In this document: positions 9,801 to 18,625 of the stretch, in pieces
Position numbering within the stretch: position 1 is the first letter of the stretch
Layout of the letters: each line of letters begins with the position of its first letter
DNA from: an uncultured bacterium
GTDB taxonomy: Bacteria; SAR324; NAC60-12
Length of the DNA: 64,000 bases
Direction: 5' to 3'
NCBI GenBank assembly: GCA_965662235.1
Contig: CBFIGY010000010.1
Coordinates: 18,403-82,402, forward strand
Program-made: the position numbers and the translations under genes
Notes under the pieces: model-generated
The model's input: the letters and a program-made list of their open reading frames with translations, nothing else
Told to the model about the DNA's origin: nothing
Database searches by the model: none

Positions 9801-11918
9801 ATGCGTTACTATCTGCTCCTCCCCTCCTTGCTGTGTGCGGGAGGAGTATGGGCTCAGAGCCTGATTCAGGATCCTCAGTGGCTGCAGGAGCAGCTTCCGG
9901 AAGTGGCAGAAGCTGAGGTGGTGCTCCAGCTTCCGGCTCGTCCGGTGCCATCGAAACGCATCAGCAGTCGGCTGGAGGAGTTTCTGGTGGAGCAGCCCAC
10001 GCTTGCGCAGAAGCTCCTGCAAACGGCCGCGACGGATCCGGAGCAGGCTTGGTTGGAGTACCAGGAAGTCCGCTCGCAGCTTGGGCGCCCGGAAGCGCTG
10101 GGGCTGGCGGCTCAGATTCAGCTCAGCCGGGAGCAGTGGGCGGCAGCAGCTGGAGCGGCCCGGGACTTCCTGGAACGCTTCCCGGAGCACTCCAGTGCGC
10201 CCTCGGTGTACTGGATCCTCAACCGTGCCCGCTTTGAACAAAAAGAACCGCTGGACACGAGTCCATACTGGCTGGAACGCGCCATGACCTCTCTGCCAGC
10301 ACCGCCTCGGCTGGACCTGTGGGAGATGCTTGCGACCCAGGCCCGCCAGCAGGATCGGCTGCTGGACGCACTGGAGTACGACCTTCAGGCGTTGCAGGAC
10401 CCTGGGCAGCCTGATCCGCCTGCCTTTGCCGAGTCCGTCTTTGAGCGGATGCAGGAGCTGGACAGCACGGCTGAGTTGAACCAGCTGGCGGATGCGCATC
10501 CGGACCTGGCTCTGCTGCGTCAGAAGCTCCCGGAGATCTACATCAAGCTGCTCATGCGGCAAGGGGAATACGGTCGAGCGGCGCTGCTGGTGAACCAGCT
10601 GCTCCCACGCCTGCAGCAGTCCAATCTGGTGGAACAGGTGGAGGCCCTGCAGTTTCTGCAGCGACGCATTCAGGCCGCGCAGCAGATGCAACCGCAGCGC
10701 ATTGGCGTCATTTTGCCCATCACCAGCAGCAGCGCCTTGGTGTCACGACTGACGCAGCAGACCCTGACGGGGCTGCGCCTGGCGTTGAAGGTCGCTCCGG
10801 AGCCGGCTCCCGACAATGCTTCTGGGCGTCCTGTGGTTTCGGAAACGGCAAGGGGCGCTTTTCCCTCGGTGCTTCCGCTGGAGGCTCGGCTTCCGCTTCA
10901 GGAGCCGCAGTGGGAGCTGGTCATCCGAGACTCCGGGCTGAATCCAGAGCAAACGCGTCGGGTTTTTGCGGAATTGGTGGAGGAAGAGCACGTTTCCGCC
11001 GTCATTGGTCCGCTGACGCGTCGAACGTCTGAAGCGGCTGCTGAAGAGGCGCAGCGTTGGCAGGTGCCGCTCATTTCTCTCTCGCTCACCTCCAGCATTG
11101 CCGAGCTGGGAGATTACGTCTTCCGGAACAACCTCAGCTGGCAGCAGGAAATCCGCGATCTCCTGCGTTACGCGTGGGACTACCAGCAGGTCCGGAAGGT
11201 CGCGGTGCTGTACACCAATGAGCGGGAAGGTCGGGAGAAGGCAAAGCTCTTCTTGGAAGAAGCCGCCCAGGTGGGCATTGAGGTGGTGGCAGTGGAGCAG
11301 TACCTGTCGCAGCAGGCGAGCTACGTCCACGAATTTGAAGCGGTAACCGGAATGCTGACAGCGACTTCCGAGCGAGATGAACAGGCGCTGGCGGAGCTCC
11401 GGGAGAAGCGTGAGCCGCACCTGAACTTTGACGCGGTCTTTGTGGCGGCCGGAAGCCGAGGGTTGGCTGACCTAAAGGTCCTGCTGCCGTACATTTCCGT
11501 GTATGAGCTGGACCGTTTGCTGGTGTTGGGAGACAGCGGCTGGAGCGACCAAGCCCTGCTGTTTGCGCAAGGACGGGAGCGGCTCCGGCGCTTGGTGCTG
11601 GTGGACAGCTTCTTTGCGCAGAGCCCAAGACCCGAGGTGCAGGCGTTTGTGGAAGCACATGAGCGGATGATGCTGGGTGCTCCCAGCTACCAAGGGCCGT
11701 CTAACTATGTGGCGTATGCCTACGACACGCTGCTGCTGCTCAAGCAGCTCCTCCGGAACCCGCGGAACCACTCCCACCGAGAGCTACGGGAAGCACTGCT
11801 GCAGCTCAAGGGATTTCAGGGAGCCACGGGGCGGATTCACTTTGATGAGCAGGGGGAGATTCAGCGAGAGATGCAGCTGCTGACCATCCGGAACGGGCGC
11901 TTCCGGCCCATTCCGTAA
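9801..11918 (+). CDS. LpoA-like protein: helical/TPR N-terminus plus type-1 periplasmic-binding C-domain
   Basis: Signal peptide; RIGVILP, VIGPL, AYAYD and FQGATGRIHFD motifs of LpoA/LivJ-like domains. Confidence 0.72.
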   Translation: MRYYLLLPSLLCAGGVWAQSLIQDPQWLQEQLPEVAEAEVVLQLPARPVPSKRISSRLEEFLVEQPTLAQKLLQTAATDPEQAWLEYQEVRSQLGRPEALGLAAQIQLSREQWAAAAGAARDFLERFPEHSSAPSVYWILNRARFEQKEPLDTSPYWLERAMTSLPAPPRLDLWEMLATQARQQDRLLDALEYDLQALQDPGQPDPPAFAESVFERMQELDSTAELNQLADAHPDLALLRQKLPEIYIKLLMRQGEYGRAALLVNQLLPRLQQSNLVEQVEALQFLQRRIQAAQQMQPQRIGVILPITSSSALVSRLTQQTLTGLRLALKVAPEPAPDNASGRPVVSETARGAFPSVLPLEARLPLQEPQWELVIRDSGLNPEQTRRVFAELVEEEHVSAVIGPLTRRTSEAAAEEAQRWQVPLISLSLTSSIAELGDYVFRNNLSWQQEIRDLLRYAWDYQQVRKVAVLYTNEREGREKAKLFLEEAAQVGIEVVAVEQYLSQQASYVHEFEAVTGMLTATSERDEQALAELREKREPHLNFDAVFVAAGSRGLADLKVLLPYISVYELDRLLVLGDSGWSDQALLFAQGRERLRRLVLVDSFFAQSPRPEVQAFVEAHERMMLGAPSYQGPSNYVAYAYDTLLLLKQLLRNPRNHSHRELREALLQLKGFQGATGRIHFDEQGEIQREMQLLTIRNGRFRPIP

Positions 11919-11925
11919 CGAGCGG

Positions 11926-12408
11926 TCACACGTTCAAAGCTGACTCAGCAATGACGATGCCGTCTTCATCGGCATACAGCCAGTCTCCCGGAGACACCGG
12001 GACGCCGGCCAGTGCAAGATCGACATCTTCCTCGCCGCGGTCCAGCTTGATGCTCTTGCGAGGATTGGTGTCCAGAGCCCACACGCCAATGGGCATGGTT
12101 GCGATCTCTGCGCTGTCCCGGATGCATCCCTGCACCACAATGCCCGACCAGCCATTGTCGACTCCCAGCTGCGCCAGGTTGTCTCCCAGCAACGCGCACC
12201 GCATGGAGCCGGCGCCATCCACCACCAGCACCCGTCCCTTTCCGGGCTGTTCCAGCTGCCTGCGGACCAGCGAATTGTCTTCAAAAACACGCAACGTCTT
12301 GACCAGGCCATGGGCCTTGGTGTGGCCACCGTAGCTGCGGAAACCGGGTTCAGTGACCCGGAGGTCTTCACCAAATTGATCATAAAGATCGGCTGTCTTG
12401 ATACTCAT
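11926..12408 (-). CDS. rraA: RraA family protein (RNase E regulator / HMG aldolase-like)
   Basis: TADLYD, FEDNSLV, VLVVDG, ALLGD, GCIRD, YADEDG. Confidence 0.92.
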   Translation of the reverse strand: MSIKTADLYDQFGEDLRVTEPGFRSYGGHTKAHGLVKTLRVFEDNSLVRRQLEQPGKGRVLVVDGAGSMRCALLGDNLAQLGVDNGWSGIVVQGCIRDSAEIATMPIGVWALDTNPRKSIKLDRGEEDVDLALAGVPVSPGDWLYADEDGIVIAESALNV

Positions 12409-12452
12409 GGGGGGCTTTCTGAGAAAGGTTCCGGAGTCGCTGCGAAAAGCAC

Positions 12453-12481
12453 TTGACTCCCTGACGGGGAGGCTCTATTTT
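12453..12481 (+). promoter_or_regulatory. Putative sigma70 promoter of rpsU
   Basis: TTGACT-N17-TATTTT. Confidence 0.6.
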
Positions 12482-12535
12482 AATTGATTTGCGTGACGAA
12501 AAGCCACTGAAGATTCAACCCGAATAAGATCCTCC

Positions 12536-12754
12536 ATGCCGATTACCATTGAAGTCCGGGACGGAAACCTCTCCAAGTCGATGATGCAGCTCAAGCGAAC
12601 CTTGATTCGAGAAGGGCTGTTTAAGGAAATCAAGAAGCGTAAGTTTTACGTGAAGCCGTCAGTGGCGAAGCGCCTCAAGCGGGAAAACGCGGAAAAGCAA
12701 CGCAACAAGGACATCAAGCGCGAGATTCGCGCCGCCCTGAAAGCGGACTTCTGA
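12536..12754 (+). CDS. rpsU: 30S ribosomal protein S21
   Basis: 72 aa, basic; EIKKRKFYVKPS motif. Confidence 0.9.
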   Translation: MPITIEVRDGNLSKSMMQLKRTLIREGLFKEIKKRKFYVKPSVAKRLKRENAEKQRNKDIKREIRAALKADF

Positions 12755-12760
12755 GCAAGC

Positions 12761-12779
12761 GGGGGAGGGCCTCTCCCCC
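12761..12779. terminator. GC hairpin between convergent rpsU and selenoprotein genes
   Basis: GGGGGAG...CTCCCCC inverted repeat; no clear U-tract. Confidence 0.45.
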
Positions 12780-12785
12780 ACGGCT

Positions 12786-13004
12786 TCATTCCTTGAGGAG
12801 CTGAACGACCTCTCCGGGCTCCGGGAACCGTCCCTGCTGGTGTTTCGAGAACACCACCCTTCCTTCGTCTTTCACTTCAAACGCCCCCTTCGCACCAGGA
12901 ATCAGTTCGGTTTCCACACCGAAGGTTTCCTGAATTTCTGCGGCCAAACTGGTCGCACGCGGCAGGTAGCTTCACATCACACAGTATTCAATGCTGAGCT
13001 TCAT
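12786..13004 (-). CDS. SelW/SelT/Rdx-family selenoprotein (CxxU), 72 aa, UGA recoded
   Basis: MKLSIEYCVM-U-SYLPRATSLAAEIQETFGVETELIPGAKGAFEVKDEGRVVFSKHQQGRFPEPGEVVQLLKE; in-frame TGA at 12974-12972; AAGGAG RBS; TGATG overlap with the upstream gene. Confidence 0.92.
12939..12957 (-). promoter_or_regulatory. Putative bacterial SECIS hairpin
   Basis: UGCGACCA-GUU-UGGCCGCA stem (one A-C mismatch); loop G lies 23 nt after the UGA. Confidence 0.7.
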
Positions 13005-13741
13005 CAGGCTCTCTCCTTTAAGGATTCAGGGATAGGATCGGCCGGAACGTCCCGCAACAGGCGTGCGGTGACCGCATCCGACTTCCGGGAAAACAAGGGA
13101 CCACGGGGCTGCCGAACCGGGTTGGATCGGCGCAGTCGCGACGGCTGAGAGCGGGGGCTCCAGCGCTGCGGAAGCGACTCCAGCCACGTCCCCAGCGGGA
13201 GTGGCAGAAAGAGGATGGGGCTGAGGCGCATCAGGCACCACAGACCCACCAGCGCCACGCCGGTGAGGCTGACCCAGGGCATGGGGCTGTTCACAATCCA
13301 CTCCCGTCCAATCTGACCGAGGTAGCCTTCCTGCCAGTGGAAGTTGATCGCTAGGGAACGGGCGGTTCCGAACATTCCATGCAGCATACTGGTGGAGGCC
13401 ACCAGCAGAATCGTCAAGATGAGGCGGCTGTGCAGAAAGCTGTACTGCCGCGGCTCCAGCAGCAGCTTCCGGGACCGAGGCAGGCGCCACAGCAGCCAGC
13501 CGAGCAGAAAAGCCGACGTTCCAAACCACTCCAGCAGCGTCCCTGCGAACAGCGCTCCCACAATGCCCAACCAGTTGTGAATACCGTCTACCGGAGAGGC
13601 TTGGTGAAAGAGGGTTGGGTCCTGAAAGTGAGCACTGAACAGACTCATTGCCAGAAACAGTCCCCAAAGCCAATGTCCCCAGCGGCGTGGAACCGGCGGC
13701 GCTTCAGCGAGGGGGCCGTGATGAATGGAAGTGGGGTACAT
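13004..13741 (-). CDS. Stand-alone FtsK 4TM-like membrane protein
   Basis: DP...NWLGIVGA...WFG pattern of the FtsK N-terminal membrane region; no ATPase domain. Confidence 0.65.
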   Translation of the reverse strand: MYPTSIHHGPLAEAPPVPRRWGHWLWGLFLAMSLFSAHFQDPTLFHQASPVDGIHNWLGIVGALFAGTLLEWFGTSAFLLGWLLWRLPRSRKLLLEPRQYSFLHSRLILTILLVASTSMLHGMFGTARSLAINFHWQEGYLGQIGREWIVNSPMPWVSLTGVALVGLWCLMRLSPILFLPLPLGTWLESLPQRWSPRSQPSRLRRSNPVRQPRGPLFSRKSDAVTARLLRDVPADPIPESLKERA

Positions 13742-13743
13742 CG

Positions 13744-14244
13744 TCAGGAGTTGGAACGGGTGACAGCAGCCGTGACCACTTGCGCCACTGAGGGCAGCAC
13801 ATACGTTTCAATGCTTTCTCCCAGAAACGCGAGCTCCCGGACCAGCGAGGAGCTGATCTGGAACCGTTCTGGGCGTCCGAACAGGCAGAAGGTTTCAATT
13901 TCTGGAACAATGACCGCGTTTCCCAACGCCTGCTGCTGCTCCGGGTGAAAGTCGTCCACGCTCCGGAGACCCTTGACAATGGCGCACGCCTGCTTGCTCT
14001 GAGCATACCGAACCGTGGCGCCGGTGAACGAGTCAACGGTGACGTTTTCCAGCTGGTAGTGGTCAACGTAGGCCTGCATCATTTCCACACGTTCCTGCTG
14101 GGTGAACAGGTAGGCCTTGGTCGGATTTACCGCGGCGGCCCAGAAGACGTGGTCAAACTGCCGGGAGGCCCGGATCAGGATGTCCGCGTGTCCGAAGGTG
14201 GGCGGATTGGAGCTGATGGGATAGACCGCGATGTGGGAGGCCAT
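13744..14244 (-). CDS. coaD: Phosphopantetheine adenylyltransferase
   Basis: IAVYP..NPPTFGH, NPTK, KGLRSVDDF, ISSSLVRE. Confidence 0.9.
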   Translation of the reverse strand: MASHIAVYPISSNPPTFGHADILIRASRQFDHVFWAAAVNPTKAYLFTQQERVEMMQAYVDHYQLENVTVDSFTGATVRYAQSKQACAIVKGLRSVDDFHPEQQQALGNAVIVPEIETFCLFGRPERFQISSSLVRELAFLGESIETYVLPSVAQVVTAAVTRSNS

Positions 14245-14247
14245 GAG

Positions 14248-17004
14248 TCAAGACGATTGGGTTCGCGCCTGCTGCACCAAGTTGTGCAGGGTGGTGAGTG
14301 CTTGGAGTGGGGTCATTTGGTCGGGATCCAAGGACTTTAGGGTTTCCAGCCACTCGGGAGTCTCTGCAAACAGAGAGAGCTGTGCCGAAGCGGAAGCCGC
14401 AGCCGACCGAGTCCAGTCCGGTGCCGGCTCCTCGACCTGGGCCGGGCTCCGAGGGGGCAACGGCTGGGCGAGCTCAGGGAGACGGTGTCCCATGGAAGAC
14501 GCCTCCAGCTCCTGCATGACTTGCAGGGCGCGTTCCACAACCGGAGTCGGAATGCCTGCTAGGCGAGCAACCTGAACACCGTAGCTCTTGTTGGCCTCGC
14601 CAGCAACAATCTTCCGGACGAAGACGATTTCCTCTCCGTGTTCCTCGACGACAACGCTGAAGTTGGCCACTCCCTCAAGTTCCTCCGCTAGGGCGTTCAG
14701 CTCATGGTAGTGGGTCGCACAGAGCGTCAGGGCCCCGAGTTCATGAAGGTACTCCGCAATCGACCAAGCCAGGCTGATGCCATCGAAGGTGCTGGTCCCG
14801 CGGCCAATCTCGTCAAGTACGACCAGGCTCTGGGAAGTGGCTTGGTGCAAGATGGCGGCGGCTTCGTTCATTTCCACGAGAAAGGTGCTTTGGCCTTGAC
14901 TGAGGTTATCTGAGGCGCCAACCCGCGTAAAGATCCGATCCACCAAAACCAACTCGGCCTCCTCGGCGGCCACAAAGGATCCGGCCTGGGCCATCAGCAC
15001 ATTGAGCGCGATCTGCCGCATGAAGGTGCTCTTGCCGGCCATGTTCGGACCTGTCAGCAGCATGAGGCGGCATCCGGAGGCCTCCAGCGCAATGTCGTTG
15101 GGCACAAAGGGTTCTCCCAGGCGGATGCTCTCAATGACGGGGTGCCGGGAGTGCCGCAGGCGGATGCTCCCCGGAGCCCCCAGCGGCTTCAGCTGCGGCC
15201 GGACGTACCGGTTCTGTTCAGCAACATGAGCAAGCCCTGCCAGAACATCGGTCTCAGCCACCAGCTGGGCAGCCTGTTGGATGCGGGCGGTTTCCGCAAT
15301 CATCCGGGACTTAAGCTCCTGAAACAGCTCCTGTTCCAAGCGACCAATGCGCTCTTCAGCGGTGAGGATTTTTTCCTCAAACTCCTTGAGCTCCGGAGTG
15401 ATGTAACGCTCTGCATTGACCAGCGTCTGCTTGCGGATGTAGTGCTCAGGAACGGCGTCCTTGTGAGCGTTGCTGACCTCCAGGTAGTAGCCAAAGACCT
15501 TGTTGTAGCTGATCTTCAGGGAGCTGATGCCGGTGGTGTCACGTTCTCGCTGCAGTACCCGGTTGAGGAACTCCTTGGAGTTGCGGGAAATTTCCCGGAG
15601 CTCATCCAGTTCCTCTGAAACCCCCTCTGCCATGTAGCCTCCCTCAGAAAGCCGGTGGGCAGGATGCTCTAGCAACTGTGTCTCTAGCAGCTCCAACAGA
15701 TCCGTCAGCGGGTCGAACTCGGTCCCAATCGCCTGAAGCCGTGAGGCTTCAAGACGCTGGTAGAAGACGGGAAGCTGCTGCAGGGGCTCCAGCGACTCCC
15801 GGAGGCCAACAAGGTCTGGAATGCCTGCAACAGGCAGGCTGAGGCGTCCGATGAGCCGGGGCAGGTCCTGGACCGTCTTGAGCAGGTTGCGCAGCTCTTC
15901 TCGGAGGAGGAACTGACGGGAGAACTCTTCCACGGCGTCGTGGCGTTCAGCGATGGACGATGCCTGCAGCAGCGGACGTCGCAGCCAGTGCCGCAGGAGG
16001 CGGGCGCCCATGGGGGTAACGGTCTGGTCGAGGACGTGAAAGAGCGTGTGCCGTTTTTGTCCAGATTGGGCCTCAAACAGCTCGAGGTTCCGGAGGGTGG
16101 TCTCATCAAGGAGCATGGCCTGCTCCACCGCATGCAGCCGAATCGACGTCAGGTGCGTGAGGTCGCACATCTGCGTGTCCTCAAGGTAGCGCAGAACGGC
16201 TCCTGCGGCCCGGAGGCCATGGGGAAAGTCCTCAATGCCAAAACCGGCCAGGTTGAGCGTCTTGAAGTGCCGGCACAGGTTGCGATGCGCGGCTTCTTCG
16301 TCGAAGTGATAGGGGTCAATGAGCTGGCAGCGGCCCGGGCTGGCTTCCGGACTGGACGAGGCCTCTGCAAGGTGAGGCGACACCTGGTCCAGCAGCTGAG
16401 CGAGGCGCTGTGTGAGGGCTTCCAAAAATTCCGACTCTGCGGTGGAGCGACTCTGCGGCAGCAGGATCTCCTGAGGGTCCAACTGAACGAGGAAGTCATA
16501 AAATCGGGGCAACTGGCTGAGCGCAAACTCACACAGCTCATACTCCCCGGTGGAGACGTCCGCAAAGGCGACTCCGAGCTTCTGGGCCTTGAGGTCAACC
16601 GCAGCCGCAAGGAGGTAGTTGTTGCGGTCTGGGTCAATGAGCTGAGGCGACACCGTTGTGCCAGGGGTGACAATCCGGACGACCTCTCGGTTGACGATCT
16701 TGCCGGTGGCCTGGGCAGGGTCCTCGGTCTGATCGCAGATGGCCACCTTGTAGCCTGCTGCAGTCAGCTTGTTGAGGTACTGCTCATAGGCCCGCACCGG
16801 GACCCCGCACATGGGCAATGCGCCTTCCTTCTTCTTGTCCCGAGACGTCAGGGCAATCTGCAGCACCCGTGCGCCAATCACCGCGTCTTCCCCAAACATC
16901 TCAAAGAAGTCCCCCATCCGGAAGAAGAGGATCTTGTCCGGATGCTGACGCTTGGCGTCTTGGAACTGACGCATCATCGGCGTCTCAGTGGGCGGTGCGC
17001 TCAT
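14248..17004 (-). CDS. mutS: DNA mismatch repair protein MutS
   Basis: TPMMRQ, FRMGDFFE, TGPNMAGKST, DEIGRGTST, SYGVQVARLAG. Confidence 0.97.
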   Translation of the reverse strand: MSAPPTETPMMRQFQDAKRQHPDKILFFRMGDFFEMFGEDAVIGARVLQIALTSRDKKKEGALPMCGVPVRAYEQYLNKLTAAGYKVAICDQTEDPAQATGKIVNREVVRIVTPGTTVSPQLIDPDRNNYLLAAAVDLKAQKLGVAFADVSTGEYELCEFALSQLPRFYDFLVQLDPQEILLPQSRSTAESEFLEALTQRLAQLLDQVSPHLAEASSSPEASPGRCQLIDPYHFDEEAAHRNLCRHFKTLNLAGFGIEDFPHGLRAAGAVLRYLEDTQMCDLTHLTSIRLHAVEQAMLLDETTLRNLELFEAQSGQKRHTLFHVLDQTVTPMGARLLRHWLRRPLLQASSIAERHDAVEEFSRQFLLREELRNLLKTVQDLPRLIGRLSLPVAGIPDLVGLRESLEPLQQLPVFYQRLEASRLQAIGTEFDPLTDLLELLETQLLEHPAHRLSEGGYMAEGVSEELDELREISRNSKEFLNRVLQRERDTTGISSLKISYNKVFGYYLEVSNAHKDAVPEHYIRKQTLVNAERYITPELKEFEEKILTAEERIGRLEQELFQELKSRMIAETARIQQAAQLVAETDVLAGLAHVAEQNRYVRPQLKPLGAPGSIRLRHSRHPVIESIRLGEPFVPNDIALEASGCRLMLLTGPNMAGKSTFMRQIALNVLMAQAGSFVAAEEAELVLVDRIFTRVGASDNLSQGQSTFLVEMNEAAAILHQATSQSLVVLDEIGRGTSTFDGISLAWSIAEYLHELGALTLCATHYHELNALAEELEGVANFSVVVEEHGEEIVFVRKIVAGEANKSYGVQVARLAGIPTPVVERALQVMQELEASSMGHRLPELAQPLPPRSPAQVEEPAPDWTRSAAASASAQLSLFAETPEWLETLKSLDPDQMTPLQALTTLHNLVQQARTQSS

Positions 17005-17158
17005 TGGGTTCGGATCGAGAGTGGGGTACGTGACATCAGCAAGCCCCTAGCTTAGGTGACTCCACACAACACTCAAGCCCTTCCCCTGCTCCGAATGGAG
17101 ACAGAGAAACGCCTGCTGCAAGCAGGTGAAGGACGCCGTATTTCGTCCGGAGCGTCGC

Positions 17159-17230
17159 TTGACATTTATTAAAAACAGGGCCATAAATTTACCACGTCTT
17201 TACATATCTATATGATATATTTGTTATTAT
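17159..17230 (+). promoter_or_regulatory. AT-rich promoter region
   Basis: Perfect TTGACA at 17159 followed by an AT-rich tract; -10 element ambiguous. Confidence 0.45.
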
Positions 17231-17252
17231 CCATGGAGAATTTTTTCGCGAT

Positions 17253-18161
17253 TTGCCATTGCTAAAGCCGTTTCTATTAAAATCATTTTCCTTACTGGTG
17301 TTGGTGCTCATTCAGCCCGTTCTACCGCAGGCGGCCTGTTACTTCATCCCGGCAGCCCCGGAGGTAGAGCAGTTGGCTCAACTGGAGCAGTGGGGGCGCT
17401 CCTTGCTCAATGAGTTTGTGGCACCCATCAAACCGTTGCCCAGCGCGGGCATTTCTAACCGGGAACTGGAGACGGAGTGTCACTTCGACGTTCGGTTGGA
17501 CCCGTCTTCCCCAATGTCTCTGTCGCTGGTTGCCCGCAACGCTCCAGTGGGCATTGACGGAGTGGAGGAGCTGAGCGCCTTCAATCCCGCCAACGTGGAG
17601 CAGGCGCTGCTGCGGATCATTTGGAACGCGAACCCGGAACAGCAGGAACCGATCTGTCGCAAGTACGCGGAGCGGCTTCGGCAGCAGTGTGGCGGCACCC
17701 GACCGATTCAGGTGCTTTCGGTGCTGCGGCAGCCTGAGCTTCAGGAGGCAGAAAGCGTGGTCTGGGGGGAGTTGGAGGCACTGGCTCCACGAGTCAAGGG
17801 GGTGACGGTGGTTTCAGAACGGATTCGCCTGCAAGCAGAGGAGCCCTGGGAAGCGAAGCTCAATCCACAAACGGAGGGGGTGATTCTCTTTGAGCTAGAG
17901 GGAGACCGCCTGAAGCAGCCTTCCTCGATGTGGGCCGGCTTTGTGGACATTCAGGTCGAGCTCAGCCTCTGGCGCAAGCAGGAGGCGACCTGGCAGAACG
18001 TGGGCGCCTTTGCTTCAGACCCGCAACGCATGCCGATCCGGAAGTGGAGCGAGCGAGACTCAGCTTGGGAAAAGCACTTTGGAAAAGCCGCAAAGAAGCT
18101 CATCAGCAAGTGGGATGAGCGGAGTTTACTAGAAACCTTTCAACGCCTAACTGCCCCATGA
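17253..18161 (+). CDS. Hypothetical exported protein
   Basis: TTG start, N-terminal hydrophobic signal, four Cys; ATGA overlap with the next gene. Confidence 0.65.
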   Translation: MPLLKPFLLKSFSLLVLVLIQPVLPQAACYFIPAAPEVEQLAQLEQWGRSLLNEFVAPIKPLPSAGISNRELETECHFDVRLDPSSPMSLSLVARNAPVGIDGVEELSAFNPANVEQALLRIIWNANPEQQEPICRKYAERLRQQCGGTRPIQVLSVLRQPELQEAESVVWGELEALAPRVKGVTVVSERIRLQAEEPWEAKLNPQTEGVILFELEGDRLKQPSSMWAGFVDIQVELSLWRKQEATWQNVGAFASDPQRMPIRKWSERDSAWEKHFGKAAKKLISKWDERSLLETFQRLTAP

Positions 18162-18625
18162 AGTTCCTCATGCCCCTGTTGCTCCTTCTGCTCAGTCTGC
18201 CCCTGCAGGCGGCAGAGGTTCCAAACTTCTGGATCCGGAACCTGGAAGGAGAGCGTTTTGACACGCGCAACCTACAGGGACGTCCCTTTGTGGCGAGCTT
18301 CTTTTTTGTCGCCTGTGTCCCCTGTCGGAAGGAAATTCCGGAGCTGCATGCCTTCATGACCAAGGAGCACCCGGACGTGCCTCTGCTGTTCATTAACCCC
18401 ATCAAGGAGGACAGCGAAGCAGACATTGCTCGCTTCGCCGAGACCCTAGGAGTTCCCAAGTCTTACTTTTACCGAGACAGCTTCAGTGCCGTCAGCCGAA
18501 AGTTCTTCAGCCGGGAGAAGATCGGCTTCCCCACGATCATCGGCGGGCAGAACGGCCAGCAGCTGTTTCGTTTCCCGGGCCTTCCTGAGGGCGCCCTGGC
18601 CACCATCCGCAAGGAACTAAAATGA
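18158..18625 (+). CDS. TlpA/ResA-like thioredoxin-fold protein
   Basis: Signal peptide; CVPCRKEIP active site; GFPT cis-Pro loop. Confidence 0.85.
   Translation: MKFLMPLLLLLLSLPLQAAEVPNFWIRNLEGERFDTRNLQGRPFVASFFFVACVPCRKEIPELHAFMTKEHPDVPLLFINPIKEDSEADIARFAETLGVPKSYFYRDSFSAVSRKFFSREKIGFPTIIGGQNGQQLFRFPGLPEGALATIRKELK

Noticed and set aside
12840-13148. 102-aa plus-strand ORF in the ORF track
   Set aside because: It is the antisense shadow of the selenoprotein gene and the end of the FtsK-4TM gene, and has no motifs
18158-18625. Second selenoprotein candidate (TlpA-like)
   Set aside because: The active site is an ordinary CVPC with no in-frame TGA
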